Source: the human T2T-CHM13v2.0 reference genome, Homo sapiens
Strand: one strand, 5' to 3'
DNA: 64,000 nt
NCBI RefSeq assembly: GCF_009914755.1
Contig: NC_060930.1
Part shown: positions 1 through 14,516 of the stretch, one piece after another
Position numbering within the stretch: position 1 is the first letter of the stretch
Layout: every line of letters starts with the position of its first letter
Program-made: the position numbers and the translations under genes
Notes under the pieces: generated by a model
The model's database searches: none
What the model saw: only the letters and a program-made list of their open reading frames with translations
Told to the model about the DNA's origin: nothing

Positions 1-1149
1 CTGAAGAAAGTTTCTTTCACTCCTCAGATTCCTGTCTGCTCTGAGTATCCTCTCTTGGCTCAGATGCCAGTCCTAAAGAAATGCCTGTGGTGAGGGTCAT
101 ATGAGACTATGATTTATTGGGCTCACATTGCCCACATTTAAAAGAGGAATGACACTATAGCACTAGGGCTACTGAAGTGAAAGAGGAGAGGATGTTTCCC
201 AAAACAGAATTAGAATTCTCTTAACATTAAAAAGTGGGAGAGTGCTGGGAAGGCAAAAACAACAGCTGTCAACTATCAGCACCATGGCCATTTCTGGAGC
301 CCTGAATTACACATTTTATTTTATGGTATTTTTGTCACATTTTGTGACTTCAAATAAGCTACATGAAAATTTCTGGATATTTTAATTTTCTTTTCTCATC
401 AGTATTCTCCTATATATTTTTATTTTTATAGGATGAACCACCTTTGACTACAAATTTCTTGATTTCACACTTATCCTTATGAGGTTAAAATATTTCCTAC
501 TTGGCACAACTCATTATAAATTGTAAATCTTTTCTGTATAAATTTGTTTCTCAGTTTTTATGCCATTTAATTTCTAGTCATATTTCTACAAAGTTAAATT
601 GATATAAGGGTGAAATACTAACTTCCAAAGTAAAGAAATTCTGATTCAAGAATGATTCATTTTTAATAGAGAACAAAGTTATCACAGTAATACATTAATT
701 TTCTTGAGTGTAAGGTGGCTTTTTATTCTAGTAACAACATATGTCCATCACTTTTGCCCTTCATTAGTGAGATAAAAGAGTGCTTGATGAGCATGAAAGG
801 GCACCATATTATAACCATTACATTTCTACACAGCAGAAAATGAACTAAAAATATGAAATCATCTTGTAAATATGAGTTGTATAAATAGCTATTCTTCCTA
901 TTATGGTTAAAAAATATGTATCTAAGAATTCATTATGATTTGCAATAATATACTAAAACCTAATCCATTAGATCCTTCTGAATCTTTTGTTTTATAGAAG
1001 GATATCAATCAACTTTTCTTTCAGCCAGAGAACCACAAAATCTCAAAGGCTTACACCTTGTAGTTCTCACCCATCACATGAATGCCGAGGGTCAGCTTCA
1101 GTTTGGCTGAGCATTTCTGGATTTGGTTGGTTGGTCTTATTGTGCTTGG

Positions 1150-1430
1150 CCTGTCTCTTTGTGTTTTCTTATTGCAGTATCCAAGTGGAAATATTAGCCA
1201 CAACTACAACATACTTTTAAAATTCCAGAGGGCAGAAATTAAAGGTGACTGATAGAAATGTAAAATATCTCTCACAGCTTCTAATAAAATGTGGCATATG
1301 TTATCTCTGATTACATTCTCTTGGCCAAAGCAAGTCACATGTCAAAGCCCAACATCACTGGGGCATGAGATTATATGTCTCCCATGAGTGGGCACAAGGC
1401 ATAAGTGAGGGATTGGTGAACATTTGGATA
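1150..1430 (-). mobile_element. Old MaLR LTR fragment (MLT1J/K/L-like)
   Basis: Motif 'cattctcttggccaaagcaagtcacatgtcaaagcccaacatca' is typical of old MLT1 LTRs; boundaries approximate. Confidence 0.5.
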
Positions 1431-1658
1431 GCCATATTATCTCCCATAAAAGATATCCAAGAAGCTGACTTGTTTTGCTGTGCTTGAAGCAGAGAGCCAA
1501 CGATTTATCCACCAATTAGTTCACATAATCACTGTTTTAATGTCCACTGTGAGTCAGGTCCTTATTAGGTGCTCCCTTGTGACATGAATTTAAAACACTA
1601 GAAAGAAACAGAAAACATATGAAATTGTTCCTATCAAGGTGTTTCCATTTCTTTGGAC

Positions 1659-1905
1659 CAGGGGTTGGCAAAGGTTTTCTGTAAAGGACCAGATGTTAAA
1701 TACTTCAGGGTTTATGGGCCACATACAGTATTTATGAAGGCTTCTTCTTTCATCTTTCTCCTTCTCCACATCTTCCTCCTGCCCCTCGCTCTCATCCTCC
1801 TCTTTCTACAGATTCTTTAAATATGTAAAAAAAAAATTATTAGCTCTCATATTGCGTAAAAATGGGCCACCAGACAGAGTTGGGGCACAGGCTGCTAGTT
1901 TCTGC
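1659..1905. mobile_element. MER58 (MER58B-like) hAT-Charlie MITE
   Basis: Starts 'caggggttggcaaa..ttttctgtaaaggaccagatgttaaata', ends 'gggcacaggctgctagttt'; internal CT-rich tract. Confidence 0.75.
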
Positions 1906-2329
1906 TTTAAGGGAATAAAATGGACAAACATGACTTCCATGACTTATATTAAACACAACTACATCATTGCAAATACAAGTGTGTACTCTAGTTTAATTAA
2001 CTTGTAAATTTATTGGTAAATCCTCTTTTAATTTGCAATGTCCCAAAAACTGAGAGAACAATATAAAATCACTATATCAAAAAGTACTTATGACAGGGCC
2101 TGCATGGCTATGACAAATACATTTCCCTTAGTTGCTCAGCCTTATTCTCTTAATAATATAGTTTATGCATTAGCTTCATGCTCAATTTTTCACACGGAGT
2201 CTGTACTTCTGAGACAGTTTATCTTGAATTGGGAATGAAGAAGATAACGAGCATAGTATATAATGGCATGAGCTGAGTTCAGGTCTTGGTTTTGTCATTT
2301 GTTAGCCAGGTGGGGAATGTTTATAATAG

Positions 2330-3490
2330 CTAATTTATGGCCTTCGTCTGATAATCCCAACATCTGTGTCATTTTGTGATTGTATTTTCTCTTATGACTT
2401 TCCTGGTACTGTTTAGGCAAGGTAATGTGAAACCAAATTATAGATATTTTAAATATTATGTTTTCAGACTTTGTGTCTCATTTAAATCCTAAAGAGGATA
2501 TTGATTTTTTGATTTGTATTAGGCAATCTGATTATGTAGAAGTTTAGGCCACAAGTACCAACTTGCTTTCTGTGGGTTCTTATTCCCTCAGTTCAGTCTT
2601 CAGAGCATTTGCGGTACTGTTTAGATCACACCACATTTGTGCCCCCCAGTGGCCAAACAGTGAGTGGAAGCCTACCCTGGGCTCAGTTTCCAAAATCTTT
2701 GATATCATATTTAGGGTGAGATCCATGAATGTGCAGTTTGGAGGTGAGCTGAGGAATTCCTACACAATTTATGGGATTTCTGTTGATCTTTCTTCTTTCT
2801 GTGACCTCCACAACAATTTCTACCTTCCTGAGGCCACCCTTTCCTGTCCTCTCTCCAGAAACCTAACTTCTTCCTCTTCCAGACACTTCCTAAAAGCGTG
2901 TTTGTATTTAGGACCAAATGGTGGGAGGACAGAGGGTGGGGGAAAAAATGGAAATTTGCTTCATGCTCTGGGGACCCCAGATTTTCTTACCAGAGAGCAG
3001 AATTTTCCTTTCTCAGGGTTGTGGGGGACTGCCTGGCAGCCACTGCCATCACTGTGCAGCTGCCTCCCCACCATCACAGCTGCCTGGGAGCTAGAACAGG
3101 AGAGAAGGAAAAAAAGTTAAAACAAAACAAGCCATTTCTTTCATTTTTTCCAACCTTCGGTAGTTTCTTCCTCCTCAAATTGGAGAACATATTTCTCATA
3201 GACCTCTTTCTATCTGTGCTTGGTATATGCATTTCCAGACTTGGGCCTGTTTTTAGTCCAGGTTGGGTAATACCAGAGGCAGAAAGAAAACACTATAAAC
3301 TTACCACCAGTTCCACAGAACTTTGAATTTTGAAATTCTGATGTCCTTCCCCAATACAACTGCTACTGTGTGCTTTTTAGGGCCTCAGATTGCTGTTCCA
3401 CGCATTCTGTCTGGAACTTGGGATTGTTTTCAGTGGGAGAAACTGAGTGAAGTGTACTTACGCACCTTCCCCAGAATCTGAACTCGAAGT
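2330..3490 (-). mobile_element. Old L1M 5' region/ORF1 relic
   Basis: Composition and motifs resemble antisense L1M 5' ends; the overlapping ORFs have no recognisable protein motif. Confidence 0.4.
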
Positions 3491-3708
3491 TCCTTAATTT
3501 TTAAATGGGCAAGGATGAGAGTGAAATGAAAGGTGGTAGAAGTGAGGAAATAAGGGAAAGTATTGGAAATGGCAATATATTCCCAGGCAAGAGGCTACAG
3601 GAGGAAAGCACCAGTGCATTAAGGAGAAAAGCACTTGCTGACATACAAAGGTGTTTTTTGTGATTGATTTGTCCTAATGAGTTGACTGGAAAAGCAAAGA
3701 GTTCATCT

Positions 3709-4197
3709 CAATAAACATACATGTGCATGTGTCTTTAGAGTAGAATGATTTATAATCCTTTGGGTATATACCCAGTAATGGGATTGCAGGTCAAATGGCA
3801 TTTCTAGTTCTAGATCCTTGAGGAATCGCCACACTGTCTTCCATAGTGGTTGAACTAGTTTACACTCCCACCAGCAGTGTAAAAGCGTTCCTATTTCTCT
3901 ACATCCTCTCCAGCATCTGTTGTTTCCTGACTTTTTAATGATCACCATTCTAACCAGTGTGAAATGGTATCTCATTGCGGTTTTGATTTGCATTTCTCTA
4001 ATGACCAGTGATGGCAAGGGGCGGGATAGCATTACGAGAAATACCTAATGTGGATGACGGGTTGATGGGTGCAGGAAACCACTATGGCACATGTATACCT
4101 ATATAACAAACCTGCACGTTCTGCACATGTATCCCAGAACTTAGGTATAATTTAAAAAGAAAGAAAGAAATATCCTGTAATCCCATGTGAAAAAAAA
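3709..4197 (+). mobile_element. 5'-inverted, truncated L1PA7/8-like LINE-1
   Basis: 3709-4013 is antisense ORF2 C-terminus ([34 protein letters not shown]); 4014-4170 is sense 3'UTR plus A-rich tail; TSD aaagagttcatctca (3696-3710) / aaggagttcctctca (4198-4212). Confidence 0.9.
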
Positions 4198-4232
4198 AAG
4201 GAGTTCCTCTCAAAGAATAAGCTGGACAATGA

Positions 4233-4788
<556 letters not shown>

Positions 4789-7700
4789 CAGAATAAATGT
4801 TAAAATGATCAATAAATAAGTAACAACAATGATTAAAACAACAAAAAATTTGGAGATTATAAATCTGCCAATATTCCTTCATCAAGCACTGTCCAGTAAT
4901 ATCAAGGCACCTGGTTTGAAAATACTTCCCTTTCTGTTTAAAAATGTCTCAATAACTGGCACCTTACTATTGGAGGAGTGGGATCTCCATTTTGATATGT
5001 GCTTATATTAGAATTTTACAGGTTCTTCACTTTTTCTTGTTTGCACTATCAGAGTCAGGGACACATTTGCTATCAGTGTTGTTTTCAATGTTCCAATATG
5101 AAACCAGATATGGGCAATTTTCACAAGCAAAACAATTTTCTTCTTGCATCCCCACGTAAAATACAGCGTGAAGATCAATAAGAGGAAGAGATCTCAAATG
5201 GCGCTCTGGAAAGTTAGCAGAGCCTGAGTCTTCATAGATTCCTAAATTTTAATTTAAGATGTTTCTATGAAAAATTGCTGGTATTTTGACAGATATTCAG
5301 TGCATATAGAATCAATACAATTTGATAATTACCAAAGTTTTTATTGCCCCTGAGGTTATATGTTTGTTTACTACACCCAAACTTCAAAGAAATTGAGTTC
5401 TTGGAGCCAAATTTCATAGTTACAGTTTCTTTTATTGACACTAACACATTGTACAGTCAATTGTAGACTGGTCAAAAACTCGTAAGTGGCTCCTGAAAAG
5501 GGATTTAAATTGACATAAACTACTAAAATTTTGTCTAGATACCTACTAGAATATGGGGAGATTTTTGGAGATATCTTCAAAACAATTTCATTCAGATTTA
5601 CCTTAATTGATTTTCCACAGCTATAAAATGTATACATATGTTTTAAGATGTATTTAAGAACTTGTATCTGTGAGAGCCTTAAAAAATAGCAGTAATAGTA
5701 GCTCAGCACATTTATAGACTATAGAAGCAATAAGAAAATCAATTTATTTAGAAACACTTCACCTTCAAGTTCTTGCCCTTCAACCATGTACACAATATAT
5801 GAAGACTTTAAAGATACAGCAATTTAATCACAAATGTCTTTCGCTGGCCAAGAATGGTACTTTCTGTTGTCTCTCTTTTTCTTTTTCTCTTCTCAAAGAC
5901 ACGTGAAGTATAAGAAAAACTGTCAGATGTCACAAACTGCAACCCTGATAAACACAGTGCAGTTTGAAAAACAGATGGAAGTGTCTGAGGCTCACCTCAT
6001 CTAGTAATGCTGTTCTTCCTCTGCTGTGATTCACACAAGGTGATTATCGTGGAGCCCAGATGCTGGCTCTGCAGCTACCACCTGGTGCTATACCTTCTCT
6101 CAGGGTCCTGTACTTTGTGCAATGAGTTTGAAAACGTTTAGGCCCTGCTGAGCATGTGTTTTGTTCTTTGGGTTTTTAAAAAATGATTAGTCAGTAGTGA
6201 AATGAAATGGGCTATGAAGACAGTGAATAAAATATGACAGGGAAGCAAAGACTTTTTTTTTTCTGAAGGAATGTTAGCATTTGTCTAAGTACAAATAGGA
6301 GAGCTCAGTGACCATTTAGAATGCAGGTTGAAGTGAATTTAAGAAATTAAATAGAATTTAATGATAATGATATTCTAAGATGTAAATCTCAAAGATGGAT
6401 CTTCATGAGAGCAGAAATTTTAGATAGATCTAGTGCACTTACACGATCTGTCCTATGATATGAAGGCTTAAAGTAGATGTTTTCTCGCCAGATGATTTAC
6501 ATGTAAGAGTGAAGGCAAACAATAAAAGTGAATTAAATATTGCTAGACCAGAGGTCCCAACAATTCAACTAGTCTTATAATTGGAGGAATCAAGGAGAGG
6601 TATATTATTGGCTAAGGACCCATCTGGGACAAGACATCCTATCGAATATTTAATATTAAACCCTGTTTCAAGTTTACAAATTTAACAAATACTAGGTGGG
6701 TAGATCCGCAGGTGAGGTTTGAGGCTGAACACAAGTCATCATTCAATCACTTAGTAGATTTACTTTGGTGCACTTACTTTCCAAGGCCCATGAAGTGTGA
6801 CACACATAAGAAGATGAATTAGATTTAAATCAATTATCAATTATTTGCTAATTGCATATACTTTTAAAAAGTAGATGACAGATTGGGGGAATAGAGAAAA
6901 GGATAGAAAAACTGCTTACAGTGTTGAAGTAACTAGCACTTTGATTTAGGATCTAAGACATATATAAGAGATCAATAGCATCTTATTGATAGAAAGCAAG
7001 ACCTTCTGAACAAATAGTAATAGAAGTTTCTAATAAGAATGATGACCATGCATATGCATATTATGACTCCAGTGCTTAACCCGTATTAGGTGACTCATTC
7101 ATTAAATGAGATGACATACAGAACAAGCTGGATTAGAATAAAATTATTTCTGGCCAGTTCAAGAATTAATGGATGTGATTTGGTAGAAAAGCATGGGAGA
7201 GAAATTTATGCAAGAGAAATTGTTAGAAAATAATAGACAAATTATGCATAGCACTTACATTTGCAATGTCTAAAAAGAATACACTAAACAACTGACTCTA
7301 AATTTAAGACATGGGCAATGGGAGGTGCCATAAATTTCTTTCATAATTAGTAGGGTATAAATGCTATATAAGGAAAAGCATTCTTGAAGTCATACGAAGC
7401 TTGAGTTGTAACAGCAATTACTGAAAGTAGAAAAACTGAAGACACTTGTAGATATTCCAGCATTAGTTGAAGAACAACTAGCATAGATTATGGGAAAGAA
7501 ATACAATGATCGGACACAGTATGTAAAGACCAATTTGCATATGAAAATAGAGAAAAATAATAAAAGTAAATGAAAGAATACCAGATTAGAGATCCCAAGC
7601 GATCAAACAATATCTTAAGAATAGATATGTTATTGGCTGGGGAGATACCTGGAAAAGGCTGAATTTTTAATGTGACTACCTCTTTTAAGCATATAGATTT

Positions 7701-8316
7701 GACGAATGCTGTAATTTTGCCGTATTTGTTTTTACAGTTTTCATATAAAGAAATAATACAGATGTCTTTGAACCCCCCTATTCCATTCACTCCCATCCCC
7801 CATGATTAAAGGCAGGCATGAGTCTAAAGTTATTTCGTGTTTACAGTCTATGTTTTTATGCCTTCATTAAATTTGTGTGGTTCCATAAAGTATTGATTAT
7901 GCATCTTCGAAATGTATTTAAAGCTTTCATTTTGCACCTTACTTTATTAGCTCAGAGTTACTGGTTACCTATGTAAATACTTGTGATACAGGTTTCATTC
8001 ATTCACTGACTCATTCACTGTGGGTGGGTTTTTACTTTGTTTATTGTATCTTTGGTCATACAGAAGTTTCCAATTTTATTGTCTAATTTATCAGTCTGTT
8101 CTTGTGGGGTGTGTACTTTGTATGTCTTGTCTAAGAGATTCTTCCTTGCCTTGAAGTCATAGAGTTTCTTGTTATTTTTATATCGTTTGGTTGTACTGTT
8201 TTAAATTTAATTATGAAATGTGGGAGTTAAGCTGAAATTTCTGTACAACACGCTGCATGAGGTCAAGGTACAATTTTCTGCTTTTTAATATGGATAGCCA
8301 ATTATCCGTTTATTAG

Positions 8317-8698
<382 letters not shown>

Positions 8699-9056
8699 GC
8701 CACCTCTATATTAAGAAAGATTTTATGTCTGCGAGTGACTCCCCTGCCCCTGTATTTGTTATCCTTGCACCAATACCATATTTAGATTTTTATAACATCA
8801 TAATAAGTATTTATAATACTACCACTTGTTAAAATCTACCAATACTTTGCCGATATTTTAACTGGATTATGTTAAATGTATAGATTAATCGTGGGAAATG
8901 TGATATATTTGTGGTATTGAGGCTTCCCATTCAGGAAAGAATATATCTCACCACTTAAGTCTGACTTCATACTCTTCAAACACTCTTTACAATATTTTAT
9001 ATAAGATATTTCTATTATATTTAGCTGGATTTAAATATAGATTATAATTTTAATGC

Positions 9057-9352
9057 TTTTTTTTTGGCGGGGGGGACAGGGTCTCACTATCACCCAGGCT
9101 TGAGTGCAGTGGCACAACCACGGCTTACCACAGCCCCGGCCCCCCGGGCTCAGGTGATGCTCTCACCTCAGTCTCCTAAGTAGCTAGGACTACAGACTCC
9201 CAACCCCATGCCCTGCTAATTTTTGTATTTTTCGTAGAGACAGGGTTTTGCCATATTGTCCAGGCTGGTCATGAACTCCTGGGCTCAAGTGATCTGCCCA
9301 CCTCAGCCTCCCAAAACGCTAGGATTACAAGCAAGAGCCACTGCGCCCAATC
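9057..9352 (-). mobile_element. AluJ
   Basis: Diverged dimeric Alu with J-type 'acagggtctcact' and 'ctcctgggctcaagtgatc'. Confidence 0.9.
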
Positions 9353-9644
9353 TTGATTTTAATTTTTATGGTTGCTAAAAACCAGGATTTTCAAAATTTT
9401 AATACTATTGGATTTTTACTAGTGAACAGAAACACCTTTTTTTTTTTTTTTTTTTTTTGCATCTTTGTTTTATATATGTATAGTAAATTGTAGAACTCCC
9501 TGAGTAGTTTCAAAAGTTTGCATCTCGGTTCTTTTTGATCATCTACAGAAGCAATCCTATCAGTATAAAAGTGTATTACTTTCTTTATAAGAATTATGGC
9601 TTTGACTTATTTTTATTTACTCACTGCATTGGCTGGAATTGCAC

Positions 9645-9850
9645 AGTCCTCAATAATAGCCTTTAGTTACATATGATTATTTACATTTAAATTAATTAGA
9701 TTCAAATAAAATTAACTACTTAGTTCCTCAATTACTATCCACATTCCAACTGCTCAATAGCCACATGAGTTAAGTGGCTGCAATATTGTACCACACAGAA
9801 ATAGAACATTTCCATCATCACAGAAGGTTCTACAGTCCCAGACTAAACCT
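9645..9850. mobile_element. MER3 hAT-Charlie MITE
   Basis: 'tgctcaatagccacatg..agtggct..atagaacatttccatcatcacagaaggttcta' matches recalled MER3/MER33 consensus. Confidence 0.8.
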
Positions 9851-9908
9851 CGGATATAGAAAAGAATTGAATCAATTGGGATAGCCGATATACTGATATA
9901 AGTTCTGA

Positions 9909-10527
9909 TTATATTCATTTTCATGCTGCTGTGTAATAAATTATTATAAACCTTGTGGCTTGACACAGCACTAATTTATCTCACAGATTATGCAGGTCAA
10001 ACATCTGAGCACAGTGTGGCTGGAGTTTTTCTCCTTAGGGTCTTACTAGGCTGACATCAAATTGTTGGCCAGGGTTACAGTTCTCACATGGAGCTTGGTG
10101 TCTTGCAAGCTCACTGGTTCTGGTACAATTTATTCCCTTGTGATTGTAGGACTGAGGTCCTCAGTTCCCTATGAGCTATTACCTGGGACTACTCTCAACT
10201 CCTAGAACCCACCTAAAGTTCCTTGCCATGTGGCAGGAACTTTAATAAACTTTATAGGCTGTTTATAATATTTGCTTTCATTAAGGCTCACCAAAGTTCA
10301 TCTCTCTCACTTCTTCTTCTGTGACAAGCAGGTGAAAATTCTGCCTTTAAAGGCATTGTCTGGTTAGGTCAGTCCAACCAAAAATAATTTCCCATTTACT
10401 AAATAAATTAACAGACTCATGGGAGTGATATCTCTTTGTAGTCATAACTCCCATCCACACTCAAAGCAGAGTGGGTTATAGAATACTGAAGGTCACTAGG
10501 AGTCATCTTAGAAGTCTGTCTACCACA
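9909..10527 (-). mobile_element. MaLR solo LTR (MLT1E-like)
   Basis: 'gctgctgtgtaataaatta..atttatctcacag' start; ends 'catcttagaagtctgtctaccaca'. Confidence 0.75.
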
Positions 10528-10899
10528 GCAACTTTAAATGAAATGCATATCTACCGTTCTTACAAAGATAATTTTTCCTGTAGGCTCGGAGTAGCTGCCA
10601 TAAGTAGGGTAAGAAAATTCCTTTATAGTTCTAGTTTAATAAGATTTTTCACTATAAACATGTATTGCATTATACTAAATAATATCCCTTCTTTGTAGTT
10701 GGTCACACTTATTTTTGTTCATTGATTCTATTAACATGGTAAATTATATCCAAGGGTTTCTAATATAAAACACCTCTTGTATACTTGGGACCAATTCTAT
10801 ACTTGGTTACATAGTTACAACTAATAACAACTGAGCTAGTGAGGACTACAATTCACTCATGGGTACATGGGGGTACATAAGAATCTTTTTAGATTCAGG

Positions 10900-10978
10900 T
10901 ATATATATATGTATGTGTATATATATATATATACTCTATCTGTATATATGTGTGTGTATATATATGTATATATACATA

Positions 10979-11011
<33 letters not shown>

Positions 11012-11017
11012 GATATA
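10900..11017. repeat. Compound (TA)n/(TG)n microsatellite
   Basis: Directly visible alternating TA/TG runs. Confidence 0.95.
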
Positions 11018-11649
11018 CAGTGTAATCTTCACACTGAGCCTTAAACAGTACTAATTTGAGGGAAGTAAGCCTGAAATTTGCCCTGAGCAAGGACTCTGGG
11101 GTAAGCCTAAAGTCATACCAGGCAGTAGTGATCCTTGGATATCAACAGAAGGAAATATTTTTCTGAGGGAAACTTTCCTTTATATACAGTCACTTGACAT
11201 CCCACAGATTAAGGGCAAGCAAAAAGCTAATAAAAAAATAATAACAGGCACAGGATAAGGCAAGCCACTAGATCACAAAAAATGAGTAATGGATAACAGA
11301 ATTAGGTACCCCCAAACTGCAGAACTTTTAGATACAGAATTTAGAGCATATATGTGGGAAAAGTATATTTCATAAGCAATGAATAGGCATTTTTTAAAAT
11401 CCATGAAAACCATAAGGATTGAATTTTTTTGAAAAGTAAAAAGGTTAAACAGGATTAGACATTGCTGAATGAAGAGTAAATAAACTGAAAGATTTATCTG
11501 AAGGATAGAATGCATCACATGAAGATAAGGAGGTAAAAATAAATAAGGAGATGTATTAAGATATAGGGAAAGCAGAATGTGAAGGTTTAAAACATGTCTA
11601 ATTAGAATCCATCACCATAGATTTAACATTTTTAAAATAGTGGTTGGAA

Positions 11650-12632
11650 TGCGTACTGATTGCCATGCAATTACAACATAGTTGACGGCTTAAAACAAAT
11701 TTATTCTTTCACATTTCTGGAGGCTACAAGTCGGAAATCAAGGTACCAGAGGGGCTATGCTCCCTCCAAAGGCTCTAGGAGAGAGCCTCTGCCTCTTCTA
11801 GGTTCCAGTTGGCTACTCCTGGCGTTCCTTGGTTTGTGGCAGCAAAACTCCATCTCTGTCCCTGTGTTCATATGGCCCTTTTTCTATGTGTCTCTCTGTG
11901 TTCTCTCCTCTTTATAAAGACACCAGTTATTTAGGATCCATCCTATACCCAGGATGTTCCATCATGAGTCCTTAACCAATTACATCTGCAAAGACGTTAT
12001 TTTCAATGATTCTCACCTTCTTTTTTTTATTAATTTTTATTTCAATATCTTTTGGGGTACAAATGTTTTTTTGTTACATGGATGAATTACATAGCGGTGA
12101 AGTCTGAGATTTTATTGCAGCTGTCCCCCAAGTAGTGTACTTTGTACCTATGTGTAGTTTTTTTATCCCTAGCCTCCCTTCCACCCTTCCCCTTATGAGT
12201 CTCTAAAGTCCATTATATCACTCTGTATGCCTTTGCCTACTCATAGCTTAGCTCTCACTGATAAGTGAGAACATAACGGTTTTTGGTTTTCCATTCCCGT
12301 GCTACTTCACTTGGAATAATGGTCTACAGCTTCATCCAAGTGGCTGCAGAAGACATTATTTCATTCCTTTTAATGGCTGAGTAGTAATCCATGCTGTTAA
12401 GAAAGTATACAACATTTTCTTTATCCACTCATTAGTCAATGGCCACTTAAGCTGCTTCCATATATTTGCAATTGTGAGCTGTGGTACTATAAACATATGT
12501 GTGCAAGTGTCTTTTTCATATAATGAATTCTTCTCTTTTGGACCCACAGTGGGACTGCTGGATCAAATGGTAGATGTACTGCTGAGCTTCCAAGTAAACA
12601 AGAATTGAGGGGAGCCCTACTTAACCCACTAT
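11650..12632 (-). mobile_element. MLT1B/C MaLR LTR split by an L1PB
   Basis: 'ggcttaaaacaaatttattctttcacatttctggagg..aattacatctgcaaagac'; resumes at ~12583 and ends 'ttaacccactata'. Confidence 0.8.
12020..12582 (-). mobile_element. L1PB 3' end (5'-truncated)
   Basis: Poly-T, then 'ttgttacatggatgaatta..ggtgaagtctgagatttta'; ORF2 C-terminal remnant KDTCTHMFI..NEWIKKM. Confidence 0.85.
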
Positions 12633-13189
12633 AGGATGTTTTTCAGTATTCATGAAAAATAAAAATCCAACACCTCAGTAAAAGTTTCTCGGTATGTGAA
12701 TTTACATTGAATACGTGATTAAAAATAATAAAATTATTAATTTGAATTATAATTAAATTTAAATTAAAAACTTAAAACTGTTTTTAAAATCAAAGTGAAA
12801 CTACAGAACACTAAAGACAAAAAGGTGATCTTAAAAACAGCCAAAGAGAAATATTGTATCGCCAATAAAGTGATGACTTTTAGAATGGCAGTAAGTTTAT
12901 CAACAGTGATAATAAAATAAGAATCCAGTTAAATAAGTATGATAAATTGTTGAAATAAAAAAATCAAACATAATTTATAGGAAAACAATCATACATAGAT
13001 GTATGTTAACAAAATAGCAACAGTATAAATAAAGAGGTCTTAATAGCTGAAAATCAAAAAGACAATTAACAGTGGGATAGATATACCAATGGCAATACAA
13101 TTTAAAAGACAATAAAAAAATTTCAAGTGATAGATAAAATAACTGTCAGGCTAGAATTTTACGTTCAGATAAATTACTAGTAAAATTTT

Positions 13190-14260
13190 ACTCTTGCTTG
13201 GGATGTCTTGTGCTGCCTAAATCTGAGGTTTCTCAGATAGCCAATTCAAAATAATCAATTCTGTAACGTTCACTCTTAGTGTCTTATCAATTGTGCCATC
13301 TGCCATAACATCACTATTATCTCTTCTGGAAGTCTCATTGATATGTATAGAAATTTCTTTTTTATTCTACATGTTTTTAAAATTTTTCTTTTATATTGCT
13401 TCTGAGTGATACTTTTTTTCTGATTTATATCCTAATTTACTAACTCATTCTCTGGATGTGTCTAGTCTTCTATTTAACCAAGTTATTCAGTTTTTATCTT
13501 ATTGATTTAATTTCTTCATTTCTAGGTGTTCTACTTGGGTGTTTTCCAAACTGGTCTGATCCTATTTCCTGTATCTTCTCCATTCTTGTGTTTTTAATTC
13601 CTTAATTATGACTTCTCTTTGGTGTTGTTTTCTATTGCTCATAGAACACTGTATCTGCTTTTATTTTACAATTTTTGATAGTAGGCTCATATTTAGTGGA
13701 AATCCTCTGACACCTTAGCTGAAGGTATGTGTTTGTAAAGTCATATTGCATGTGCTTCTACTAATCGCCTTGGAGGTATTGTCATCCCAGGGCCGCTCTT
13801 CATATTAAGTTATCAGCTTAAATGTTATTAGACTTTACGTATGTTAGTATTCCAACACCACTTTAAGGGCAGACCATTGTACTAATTGTTAGGGAATTTT
13901 TTGATTTCCCACTGAGAGTGTATCCTAGATGGCAAAAAAGATTTTTCTAGTGCACCCTGTCATGGAAAATGCAGCTTTTCAAAAGTTCTAGCTTTATGCA
14001 TTGGTTTCATTCTAACTCACAATCACGTAAACCCAAAGCAGCCTTTCCCGTCTCCACATGAAAACCAAAACAGAGTATCCACACCTCATGATTAAAGCAG
14101 TTTTTCAGCTTTCTCTTGATATTTTTCTACCATTTTTCTACGATTTTTGCCAGTCAGCTATGCATTTTGAATTATAATTGTTATGTTTTATCAATCATTT
14201 ACCCATACTTTGTAGTAAGACTACTTGGGGATTATCTATTCTGCCATATTAACAGGAATG
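13190..14260 (-). mobile_element. Old L1M ORF1/5' relic
   Basis: T-rich antisense ORF1-like motifs ('tttcttcatttctaggtgttctacttggg'); approximate. Confidence 0.45.
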
Positions 14261-14516
14261 GAAGTCTACTTTCAGTTATATAAATGTGAATTAGCAGAGC
14301 TTGTCCACTCCTCAGAGTAAAATGTACATCCAGGCAACTGGAAATATAAAGTATACTGGTAAAAGATGAAAATTATAAATAATGGAGTAAGTCAAGAGAT
14401 GTAGATGAGGGCCAGGAAGCAAAGTTTTCAGGAATTTAAAAGGGTGTTCACAAAGAAAGCTGGAGGATTCATGTAATGGTCAGAGAAAGATGGTTTTGGT
14501 TTACAGTGAGTGAACA

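Larger units (their letters stand above)
11040..13180 (+). mobile_element. Old L1M (ME/MD) ORF1 relic with nested MLT1 and L1PB insertions
   Basis: A-rich ORF1-type motifs, e.g. 'aagtgaaactacagaacactaaagacaaaaagg..atcttaaaaacagccaaagagaaa'. Confidence 0.55.

Noticed and set aside
2563-3326. 185-aa and 142-aa overlapping ORFs
   Set aside because: Non-ATG starts, no recognisable domain, and they lie in probable antisense L1M 5' sequence.
10857-11090. YI/CV-repeat ORFs (also IYLS repeat at 39152-39349 and E/G-rich ORF at 26951-27133)
   Set aside because: Translations of microsatellites and low-complexity DNA.
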